From Chiloscyllium plagiosum (Eukaryota): a stretch of 39,396 bases of DNA. The notes under the pieces were generated by a model, which saw nothing but the letters and a program-made list of their open reading frames with translations, was not told the origin of the DNA and did not search any database. The stretch covers positions 80,502,765-80,542,160 of the forward strand of contig NC_057718.1 of NCBI RefSeq assembly GCF_004010195.1, given 5' to 3'. The translations under genes and the position numbers were made by a program. Of the stretch, positions 12,642-23,225 are shown piece by piece; within the stretch, counting starts at the first letter, position 1, and every line of letters starts with the position of its first letter.

Positions 12642-12774
12642 ACAATCAGAACTTCATCAGAAGTCACCGGATTCCAAACACTAACTCAACTTTCTCCCCA
12701 CAGATACTGTGTTTTGCCAGCAATTTCTGTTTTTGTTTCAGATCTGCAGCTTCCACAATTCTTAATTTGATTTT
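12642..12774 (+). mobile_element. Old PLE tail fragment with a 13-bp TSD
   Basis: AAGAAATTCCAAG at 12629-12641 and 12775-12787 flanks a …ccagcaatttctgtttttgtttcagat… tail. Confidence 0.65.
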
Positions 12775-12842
12775 AAGAAATTCCAAGGATTGAAAATGGA
12801 TCTCTAAGAAAGTGCTACAAGGACCTCAGAAGAAAATCCATT

Positions 12843-14530
12843 TGTGTTTACTGTGGAAAAGGACATGGAAGATATAGAATGTAGGGAAATAGACAGCTTG
12901 GAAAATCTCCAAATTACAGAGGAGGAAGTGCTGGATGTCTTGAAATGTATAAAAGTGGATAAATCCCCAGGACCTGATCAGGTGTACCCTAGAACTCTAT
13001 GGGAAGCTATGAATGTGATTGCTGGGCCTCTTGCTGAGATATTTGTACCATTGATAGTCACAAGTGAGGTGCTGGAAGACTGGAGGTTAGCTAATGTGGT
13101 ACTACTATTTAAGAAAGGTGTTAAGGACAAGCCAGGGAACGATAGACCAGTGAGCCTGAAGTCGGTGGTGGGCAAGTTGTTGGAGGGAATCCTGAAGGAC
13201 AGGATGTACATGTATTTGGAAAGGCAAGGACTGATTAGGGATAGTCAACATGGCTTTGTGTGTGGGAAATCATGTCTCACAAACCTGATAGAGTTTTTTT
13301 GAAGAAGTAACAAAGAAGATTGATGAGGGCAGAGTGGTAGATGTGACCTATATGGACTTCAGTAAAGCATTCAACAAGGTTCCCCATGGGAGACTGGTTA
13401 GCAAGGTTAGAGCTCATGGAATACAGGGAGAACTAGCCATTTGGATACATAACTGGCTCAAAGGCAGAAGACAGAGGGTGGTGGTGGAGGGTTGTTTTTC
13501 AGACTGGAGGCCTATGACCAGTGGAGTGCCACAAGAATCAGTGCTGGGTCCACAACCTTTCATCATTTATTATAAATGATTTGGATGTGAGCATGAGAGG
13601 TATAGTTAGTAAGTTTGTAGATGACACCAAAATTGGAGGTGTAGTGGACAGCGAAGAAGGGCATCTCAAATTACAACGGGATCTTTATCAGATGGGCCAA
13701 CGGGCTGAGGAGTGGCAGATACAGTTTAATTTACGTAAATGCGAGGTGCTGCATTTTGAGAAAGCAAATCATAGCAGGACTTATACACTTAATGGTAAGG
13801 TCCTAGGGAGTGTTGCTGAAGGAAGAGACCTTGGAGTACAGGTTCATAGTTTCTTGAAAGTAGAGTCGCAGGTAGATAAGATAGTGAAGAAGGTGTTTGG
13901 TATGCTTTCTTTTATTGGTCACAGTATTGAGTACAGGAGTTGGGAGGTCATCTGATGGCTGTACAGAACATTGGTTACGCCATTTTTGGAATATTGTGTG
14001 CAATTCAGGTCTCCTTCCTATCGGAAGGACGTTGTGAAACTTGAAAGGGTTCAGAAAAGATTTACAAGGATGTTGCCAGAATTGGAGGATTTGAGCTATA
14101 GGGAGAGTTTGAATAGGCTAGGGCTGTTTTCCCTGGAGCGTTGGAGGCTGAGGGGTGACTTTATAGAGGTCTATAAAATCATGAGGGACATAGATATGAT
14201 AAATAGACAAGGTCTTTTCCCTGGGGTGGGGGAGTCCAGAACTTGAGGGCATAGGTTTAGGGTGAGAGGGGAAAGATATAAAAGGGACTTAAGGGGCAAC
14301 TTTTTCACGCAGAGGGTGGTGCATGTGGGGAATGGGCTGTCAGAGGAAGTGCTGGAGGCTAGTACAATTGCAACATTTAAAAGGAAACTGGATGGGTATA
14401 TGAATAGAAAGAGTTTGGAGGGATATGGGCCGGGTGCTGGCAGGTGGGACTAGATTGGGGTGGGATATCTGGTCGGCATGGACAAGTTGGACCAAAGAGT
14501 CTGTTTCCATGCTGTACATCTCTATGAGTC
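12843..14530 (+). mobile_element. 5'-truncated CR1 (HER1-like) LINE: RT domain + 3'UTR, frameshifted
   Basis: KSPGPDQVYPR, DWRLANV..LFKKG, SQHGF…SCLTNL, DFSKAF.KVPH, GVPQ.SVLGP, KFVDDTK, LEYCVQF.SP; tail ctgtacatctctatga. Confidence 0.95.
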
Positions 14531-16058
14531 AAAGTTCACTTTTTTTTTGAACATTCATTTATTTGTAATAAAAAAATTGGATGCAGGGTAAAACAGTTGC
14601 TTCACTCAGAGTCCAGACTAATCCAATTAGGTTCAAATGATGCAGGCATTTGTAAAAAAAAATCAGAAAAATTACGTGAGATTGCCACTGTGGAGCTTCT
14701 TGACATCAACAGCAAAAGGTCCCATTCTCCAACCAAGCTGAACGGCGAGTTAGAATTTTCACGCGTGAGTGCAAGAGGCTTATTTCCATACATGCTTAAC
14801 ATTATTATTAATTAGCTTGCCTTATTTACACACAGTCTCCCACTCTCCTACACACCAGTTATAAACAAAATGGCAACAATTCCTGACATGCAAGTCAGAG
14901 CAGTTATCCGATGACTCCGATTGCCACTTGTTCCTCCAGACACAAGGCACCAAACATCTCATGGCACATGCCATGGGCAGAGACGACACACACCACCCTT
15001 ACATGGACGTTGGCATTTAACACATGCCACCATCACCAACCCTCAAGCACCTCTGATACATTTGCAAGATGCTCATTTGCACTTTGGAGCATATCAGCAC
15101 TTTTCACTGAAATACTGCTGCAAAGTCACTTTGGTCCATCCATCTCACAGATTGGACCAGGCTGTATCTCAGCGATCCTTGCTTACTCTCTTAGCTCTTA
15201 CTCAGTTCGCTTCTGCTTGGATGCCCACAGCATCCCTGTCTTGCCTTACAATGTCTTTTTCTGCTTTGACCCCTGAGCCAGACTCAAAGTGCTCACAGTA
15301 CTTCTGGCTTGCCTTGGCTTTTAGTGCAGAGACAAAGCCAGACAGTTTGTCACAGTTATCAACAGTCATGAGTTAACAGAATGAACACATGAATGCTATA
15401 AGGAGCTGTGCTATTTCAATTTCACAGCAACACTATATACCAGCAGAATTTGCAGCAAACACTCCTCACATGCATAAACCAAATGACCATGTTCCAAAGT
15501 CTAAGGAGAGTAGTCTTCCATCAGGCCGGGGAATCATAGCGCAGTAAATCAAGGGCATCATTAAGGGTCTTGAACATGGTCAGTAAGCGACTTGGTGCAA
15601 TCAAGATAAAAGGATCCATATCACTACATGCTGAAGGTGAGATTCTGAAGCTGGGAATGATCGGATGAGGCCTAGTAGCACATTCCAGACAGAAGATTCT
15701 GCAGAATGAGAGCAATCAAAGACAGCATGGATGAACTCTGAAGAACTAGGAGAGTGGCAACAGACTTCCAAGTAGGAAAATTAGGACATTGAACAGGCGG
15801 AATGTCAACATACATTGACTAACAAACTAAATAGGCCTTAATTGATATCCAGTTCCAGTAGATGTGAGTGGGATGCAGTGATCATTTAATTACAATAATG
15901 TTGTTAATGATTGAAAAGTTAACAGTCCCAGTGTGTTCCCAGAGGCAAATGCAGTTCCTATCTCTGTTCTTTTGATCACTTTTGCTGTTGCTGAATTATA
16001 GATAATGTCTTTAACTATTTCCTACATGTGATTGGTTAATGTGAAACTATGAGAAGCT

Positions 16059-17712
16059 GGGGATCTAAGATGGCGGCATTTTGAGAAGATCGCACTGCAG
16101 TGCTTCACATCGCAGCAGGAACGGGACGGTCCTTTAACCCGCCCAACCCAGGTCATCGGGCTTTCTTGGGATGCCCGAAAGATTGTGGAGTCCCAAGAAA
16201 CATCTAAAAATTAACTTATATGTATTTTCAGCCATCCAGAGATGCTGAAAAAGGGAGGAGGAGCATTCAAGACCGGGTCTGCAGTTCAGCCTGCAGCAGC
16301 CTCAGAGCCGATTACTCTCCAGGACCTGGTGAACCAGCTTTCGAGATCTCATGAGATGCTGGGGAAACAGATTGAAGAAAAGCTGGCTTCAGTCTCTTTC
16401 ATGCTACAGAAGCAAGAGCAGCAGCTGGGAGACCTGGAGAAGAGGACGGATGAGGTGGAGCACAGGTCACAGTGGTGGAAGCTGATGCCAGTTCATTCAA
16501 GGATGAGATCCAAACCCTGAAATTGTAGCTCCGTAAATTGCACGACCAAGTGGATGATCTTGAAAACAGGGGCAGGAGAAAAATCATTTGGATCATCGAT
16601 CTGTCTCAGGATAAAGAAGGTGAGCAGCCTGCAGAATTTGTTGAGGATTGGCTTCCAAAATTCCTTGACTTGGAGGCTGACATCAGGAGATTGAAGATAG
16701 AGAGGGCTCACCAGGTCGCAACACAGAGATAGGGTCTGGGTCAACGTCCTCGTCCTCACCTGGTGTGGTTCCATCATTACCGGGATAAGGAGAGAGTTAT
16801 GGAGGCTTCCAGAGTCCAGGGGAAGGATCTGAAGGCCGTAATTTACGAGGGCTCTAAGATCATGTTTTTTCAGGACTTCTCAGCGGCGGTGATCCAGAAA
16901 TGAAAATCTTACGATGGTGTCAAGAGAAGACTAAGGGAGCTTGGGATTCCTGAGATTTCCAGCAGTGCTTCGGATCACCTTAGATGGATCCATACATCTC
17001 TTTAACCCATCGAGAAGGCAAGAGACTTTGTGGACAAACTAACCTAATTTGAACAATTGTAGTATGTATAAATAGTGTTGTTTGGGTGTGTGTTTATCAT
17101 TCTGTAAAAGAAACGGAGGAAGTCCGGTTGGAGCTTTATTCTTTATTTCCTCTATTGAGAATAACTTGGTTTAAACTATGTCTGGTGGTGGTTAAGATGT
17201 ACATTTTCAATTTCTAAGTTAGGATATACCAAAGGATGGGTGGGTTATTTATTTTTCCTTTTTTAATAAAATTTTTTTTTATTTGTATTGATATTCTATG
17301 GGGTGTTTATTCTTTTCAGCTTGTGTTTGTGGTGCGGCTCTAGCTGAGAGAAGTGAAGGTGGTTGGGATGGTTAGATGCCTACTTATGGCCAGTTCGGGA
17401 GGGATAGTTGCCCCTTCTGGGCAAGGGGTGAGTTTCCCTCGTCAGCTCTGTTGGCGCTTTATATGTTGGTTTGTTTTTTAGTTTTTGTTGTTTTTTATTT
17501 TTAATAATTTTGTAACTTTGCTAAATGTAGTGGTTTTAGTTTATGTAGATTTTATATTTGGTGGATCATGTGACACTAAGGCTCAGCAGTTTATGGTTTG
17601 GGTTCCTCCTCTCTGGAATTTAAATGTAATTGCAGAAGATTATGGCTAATGATTTGATTAAATGGTGTACCTGGAATATCAAGAGAAGTCACTCACCAAT
17701 TAAGAGGAAGGT
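16059..17712 (+). mobile_element. L1-clade LINE 5' half: 5'UTR, disrupted ORF1 (16242-17047), T-rich spacer, first ~23 codons of ORF2 (ATG 17642)
   Basis: YY1-type AAGATGGCGGC at 16067-16077; coiled coil, DDLENRGRR…IERAH, FHHYRDKE, IMFFQDFS (ORF1p RRM/CTD); ORF2 MANDLIKWCTWNIKRSHSPIKRK is the APE endonuclease start. Confidence 0.9.
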
Positions 17713-18473
17713 TGAAGTGGCCCAGGAGTGGAAAAAGACCATGATCAGCATTGGGGTTTTGGTTAGGAAAGGAAGATGACATGATCGGGTGGTGTACTTG
17801 AAGGCCTTTTGAGGAGTGTATCTGTTCTTCCTGGCCCACAAAATAATTGTGAGGTTTTGAGAACACTCCCAAATAGGTTGCAAGTTTTTATTTAAAAAGA
17901 GGCAGATAGAAAAAATTGAGAAATACAGTCCAGTTCGCATCACAGAATCCATCACTAAGGATGTTTTAACAATGCTTTAACTAACCTCATTTATTATCAG
18001 GCACCACAACTCACAAGAATGGTAGAAACAGGAGTTGAAACAGTAGGCTAGTTGGTTCCACCGGTCAATAAGAAATAGCCTCAACTTCACTTTTTCATCT
18101 ATAACCTTCTCCCTTGTCAATTGAAAAGCTAACTCAGCCTTGAATATATACAATGAGCCTCGACTGCTCACTGAGGGAAAGAATCAAAACACTTCTTATG
18201 CTCTGACAGCGAAGAAAAAAATCTTCACCATCAGTTTAAATGGGAGACCAATTATTTTAAAACTGTATCCTGAATTCTTGATTCACCCTCTCAGCAGCTA
18301 GCCTGTAAAGGTTAACTCTCAGCTATTGAGTAAATCACTTTGGATTCATTTCATAATCACATCTAATTATAGAGATTAGTTACAGAATGCCTCGTCCCTG
18401 TTACAACAGCATTGCAAATTATGCATTTTGACACTGGACTAAAATTTCTAACCACTGCATCTTGTTTCACTAA

Positions 18474-18679
18474 ACAAAAAAACCAAAGAACTGTAGTTGC
18501 TGAAAATCAGAAACAAAAACAGAAGGGTCACTAGACCTGAAATGTTAATTCTGCTTTCTCGCAACAGATGCTGCTCGACCTGCTGATTTTCACTTGACCC
18601 AAAATGTTAATTTTGCTTTCTCTCAACAGATGCTTCCAGACCTGCTGATTTTTCCCAGCAATTTCTGTTTTTGCTTCTG
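18474..18679. mobile_element. Old PLE inverted-pair insertion with an internal tandem duplication
   Basis: Inverted tail arms; TSD-like ATCTTGTTTCACTAA (18459-18473) / ATCTTGTTCCACCAA (18680-18694). Confidence 0.65.
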
Positions 18680-19943
18680 ATCTTGTTCCACCAATTAGTT
18701 TGTTTCCCTTGCGTCCCATGGAAATTATCGCCAAACTTTTATATATGGAAGAATATTTTCAAAAATAAATAGAGGATTTTCTGAATGGTTTTCCCCAGCA
18801 GAATTTCAAAGTTCACAGAGGTCATCAACATAGCAATCTTTGTCACAGCTTTGGTTTGGTTGACGGAGAGAGGGGGAGTGCTGACTCAATCCTTGTGGAC
18901 CATCTATGTACAGGTAGTTCTCCTATAATGTGTATTTATTACACACAATTTGGCTGTAACACAATTGGTGAATTGTGGACTTTTTTTTTACAAAGCAAAT
19001 TTCCATTTGCTATTCTGCGATTCCATCCCCAGCATTTACCTGAACTGCAAAATACAAAATGCAGCCTCATGATCCTTTGCCTGCAAAATGTAAATTCAGT
19101 GCGTTCTGCTAATACATGAATGCAATCAGCTCTGCAAGCGTTGAAAGTTAGCTTGAAACTGGGAATTGTAGTGTACATTTAGAAAGAACTTTATTTCAAA
19201 CTGGGAGAGAATTTTGAGGAGGACTGGACTTCTGCATCGGCACCACATGGTCAGTCGACTCGTGCTTTCTGGTGAAGTGCTTCGTGAAAATACAGTCAGT
19301 GATTTTAGTGTTCAAGCATTAAATTTACCATATTATTTCATTAAAATACACGGTTTAAAGATTTACTTGACTGTGCTATCGTTTGTGTTTAGCCAACTAT
19401 TATTTTTGGCTGTTTGCCCCCAAACCCTGTTTTTCCCATAGGCACCATTATTTGTATTGCGTGATTTTCTATAACACGGTATTGCACACGAATGCAACTA
19501 ACACATTATAGGAGAAATACCTCTAATTCAATTGAAGTTTCAAGGCTTTGGATCTATAGGCAGTCAATTTCAATTCTAAAACCAAAAGGATACATACAAT
19601 GCAGAACAAAGATGGAGAATGCATATTTGCTCATTTCTATATTGTGCATCAAGTATTAATAGTCAGAAAATGTCAATCTCAAGTTGTGTCTTATCCAAAT
19701 GCATATAGTATTACAAATAGATAACAAGAAACAAAATATGCTCAACAAAATCTATCCTTTTTTCTAAATAAGACAACAAGCCATATGGAATGCTTCTTGT
19801 GCAACTCAAGTCAGGACTGGTTTCCCTGGCACATTATAAACTGTACTGCATAATCAATGAATTTAATAATTTAATTGCCTAGTTTCTTGCTGGTCTGTAA
19901 TTATCTTTCTTATAGAGAGAGATCCAATTTCTTAAACGTAAAG

Positions 19944-20015
19944 TCCTCGGTAGTATAGTGGTTAGTATCCCCGCCTGTCACGCGGGAGACCGGGGTTCAA
20001 TTCCCCGCCGGGGAG
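19944..20015 (+). tRNA. tRNA-Asp-GTC: tRNA-Asp (anticodon GTC)
   Basis: 72-nt cloverleaf; acceptor TCCTCGG/CCGGGGA, discriminator G, anticodon at 19977-19979, A box TAGTATAGTGG, B box GGTTCAATTCC. Confidence 0.97.
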
Positions 20016-20020
20016 GAACA

Positions 20021-20025
20021 TTTTT
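20021..20025 (+). terminator. Pol III terminator of tRNA-Asp
   Basis: TTTTT 5 nt after the discriminator base. Confidence 0.85.
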
Positions 20026-20229
20026 GTTAACATATCATGTGACAAATTTAAAACATTCCATAAACCTTATGTTTTTATACTTGGTTTCTTACTTCAATCC
20101 TATATTTGTTTACAATATGTTTGTTAAAGTCAAAGCTGGTAGCCTTTAAGCTAACAGCATATGTGCACTTGACATGTCCTCAAATATGTTTAAAGAGGAC
20201 ATAACGAAAGGCTTCAAGGTGTCACCTAC

Positions 20230-20236
20230 CAATCAT
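20230..20236 (-). CDS. PRKN: Coding part of parkin exon 1 (Met-Ile + 1 nt)
   Basis: Minus strand reads ATG ATT G|GTAGGT. This matches the 7-nt, phase-1 coding end of vertebrate PRKN exon 1 (MIV…) and lies head-to-head with PACRG. Identification relies on synteny; exon 2 is not in the window. Confidence 0.8.
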
Positions 20237-21054
20237 TCCTTTGATCACTTTCAGCTCTTGAAAAGGACAGGTCCTGAAATTTGGGGCGAGCTAAATTTTA
20301 CGGCATGTAATCTGTAGATTTTATCAGTTAAAGCCTGTAGGCCGGGTCATTCTGCGCTTGCGTGCAGCCTTCTTCCTCGTCAGAGTTCCAGGATTGTTTA
20401 CTAACACGGTGGAGAGCGCTCGAGGGCAGAGCGAGCGCGCGAGAGACCAAGGGGCTTGAGAGAGCGCGCGAAGTTTGGAAATAAAAGAATTTACGAGATG
20501 GATGTGCAGCTACTGCCAGACACATCATGTGAAAGAATAACTAAAGCAAAGAGGACCACCGAGAACATTACCGAGAACATTAAGTGCTGTGAAAACCAAG
20601 GAGGCGGGAGGGTTTGTCACACTGAGTGGTTGGGTTGCCAAGAAACGAGCCCGAGGGCGTGAAGTTTGAGACAGAACAACTCCTATGCCAGGAAGGAGGC
20701 AACAAAACGCCTTTAATGTCTTGAGTCGCCGTTAATGTCTTGAGTCACCTTTACTGGGGATACTTCCAGAATGAAATAAAAAGTTGGTTTGGTGTGCAGT
20801 CCAGGCACCCGGATTCAAAAATAAGCACGTTCTAACCACGTGATATATGTCAACTGAATTAACGGGAAGGCTTCGGCGAGACGGAAATGACGGCGTTTGT
20901 TTAACATATCTCTCTTAGCAACGGGGTGCCCGGAAAACCACCAGCTGTTTGTGAACCAAGATTTTGTTCGAAACGCCGTGAGAACAATATAACAACAGCG
21001 GAATTTGTTCAGTAGGAGGTGTCTTACTGCTACTCTGCCCTCACAGCAAATACA
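20237..21054. promoter_or_regulatory. PRKN/PACRG bidirectional promoter and 5'UTRs
   Basis: Locally CpG-rich with no recognisable TE; NRF1-like TGCGCTTGCGTG 20353-20364, forkhead TGTTTAC 20395-20401, X-box 20634-20646, E-box CACGTG 20837-20842, X-box half-site TAGCAAC 20916-20922. Confidence 0.85.
20634..20646 (+). promoter_or_regulatory. RFX X-box
   Basis: GTTGCCAAGAAAC fits the X-box imperfect palindrome and lies upstream of an axonemal gene. Confidence 0.6.
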
Positions 21055-21180
21055 ATGCCAGCTGCCTACGGACTGGAAAAGGGCAACCAGAAACTTCTGG
21101 CGACAATGTATCAAAGACCTAAGAAGGATCACAGAGTAACTGAAGGTTTCACAGTGAAAGCCATGATGAAAAATTCCATT
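21055..21180 (+). CDS. PACRG: First coding exon of parkin co-regulated gene protein (42 codons)
   Basis: MPAAYGLEKGNQKLLATMYQRPKKDHRVTEGFTVKAMMKNSI matches human PACRG …SEGFTVKAMMKNSV; phase-0 GTAAGT donor at 21181; ACAATG start context. Confidence 0.93.
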
Positions 21181-23225
21181 GTAAGTAGCTTCATTGGACC
21201 ACATGATTAAAAGCAAACTGCAAGCTACTTCAACCTTCCTCTTATTATGACGTGTGTTAAAAACGAAAATTTTCTTAGCACGATCTCATTATTCTTAGTT
21301 TTAAATTTGCACGAGTTCAGCGCCTCCAAATTTACACGATAATTCTTCTACAATAACGAGGTATATTTTATACCACCTTTTCCAGTGAAGCATCGAGCTT
21401 GTCTGTTTTCAGTTCGCAAGGTAAGACTAAGAATAAAACTTCGAACTGCATGTTCAGAAAAGTTTCACAAGTGTAATTCTCAGAGATTGGAACAATTAGA
21501 CGACAGAATGATTCATTTCGTATATAGTTGCTGTCGTTAAAAGTCATTTGTTAAAAATCTCTGAAACTCCAGCAGCCTTATTTAGCAAGTATTCTAATCA
21601 TCCAGACTGGGAACATAGTAGGTTCTGGCGCTGATCTGTCTTGAATTAAGCAACGTCAGGTCGGTCAGTGGTTTTCAAGATGCACGTATCTGAAATACTG
21701 TGGTTACTAGAAATCTGAAATAAAAACAAACTGCTTAAATTACTGTAGGTCAGGCAGCATTTCTTTCAGGTCAATTATCTTTTGACTTTTTTTCATGCTG
21801 CAGTTGACTTCAGCACCACCAGGCCAGGAAGGGTAAAATTCGTCGTGTTCTGCTCCAACAAGGGGCACGTTGTTAAGTACCCTCTTGACATTCACCATTC
21901 ACAAGATACCATATGATGACTGCTGTCTGTAATGTAATATACCCTGACGAGGGAATGTCAGGAGAGGGAACATGTGATAATTACTAAGAATCCTCGGGTG
22001 TTTATTTTAAATAAAGTGTCAAGTCCCTACATCACCAAGAAACAGGCGACATTACATCAGGAAAAGCACGCTACCAACTGACTAGAGTGGCCAGCGCCTG
22101 AGGATAAATCAATCAAATAGGATTCTCATATTGACAGCAGAAAGGAGTTTGTGGCTGGAGAGGAGGCCTTCCTAGTGTTTAACTCGAGTAAATTACAGCT
22201 CATCCATGATTGTATATTGACCAAACAGTCCAGCAACACCCAGATTGACAGAAGTAGCACTGGGTGTTGTCAATAATTGCTACATGATATGATGTTTTGG
22301 AGCTGTTAGCTTTTAGTTTTTCTTTAATCAACGTGTTCAGAAATGCAATTTACACCATTAGAGCAGATGGGACTTGAACTTCTCTGTGTTTTGTACAGAG
22401 ATCACTGAAAGTTCACAACCAGTGAAAGAAACTGTAGTTAAAGAAACCAGGGCCTTTGGTTATATTAATAGAATAATTCACTATTAATCAAAGCACACCA
22501 TTCTTTTTTTAAGCTATTGATTCGGTGTCATCAGGTGTAACAAGTCCAATGCTGCTGCCCTCTATTTTACTCATCTTTCTGATTCTGTTCTTTGTAAATA
22601 CTTCAAACCTCCCCCTGCAAGTGTGTCTCTGCTCTGATTTGACTTGTGCAACACTCTCTTTGCCACCAAAACTTGATGCATCCCCGTAATCTGTGTTCTG
22701 CTTTTTTCCTTGTCTACCAATTGCTCTGGACAAGTTATAATCAGATGAACTGACAGCATTATTACATTTTAGGAGAAAAAACTGGTCAGTAGGGAAATAT
22801 GTGTGTAAGAGTTGAAAATTATGTAAGAAAGTATTTGAATTTGAAGGAAAAACATATCTGTGTATCAGGCAAAAACAGAACACTTCAGCAAATAGCGGGG
22901 GAGTATTTGTTTACAAATTCAGAGAGCAGACATCACATTTAAGCTTTTGAAAATGACAGAAAATTGCATTTATGTCTTTGGGAGCACATTGTATTAATTC
23001 AAGGCAAACCGGCAAGTGCTGGGGAAATATTTAATTATTTTTATGTCTGAAGAAATGCATTGAATTCTGAATGGAAAAACCAGCAGCAGGGAAGTATTCA
23101 CTCTTTATATACAGTATTGCTCTACAAATAGTGCCACTAATTGGCAATAGAGGATAGCCTATTTAAAGGAATATGTTATCTGAGAGTCAGTTTATTTATC
23201 ACAGAGAACAAGTACCAGGAAAGAT

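Noticed and set aside
14700..14745. SKRSHSPTK resembling the L1 ORF2 start IKRSHSPIK
   Set aside because: Little nucleotide similarity and no flanking endonuclease motifs; treated as coincidence.
15560..15660. Possible Harbinger transposase GAIDG.HI motif (LGAIK…GSI)
   Set aside because: The catalytic Asp is absent and no other motifs are recoverable.
19958..20149. 63-aa ORF MVSIPACHAGDRGSIPRRG
   Set aside because: Spurious translation of the tRNA-Asp gene.
1..20229. PRKN exon 2 (ubiquitin-like domain, FVRFNS…)
   Set aside because: Not found on the minus strand; intron 1 appears to extend past position 1.
21630..21685. Faint 5S rRNA/SINE3-like stretch (ctgatct…taagca…gtcagg…ggtcagt)
   Set aside because: Too short and degenerate to support by eye.
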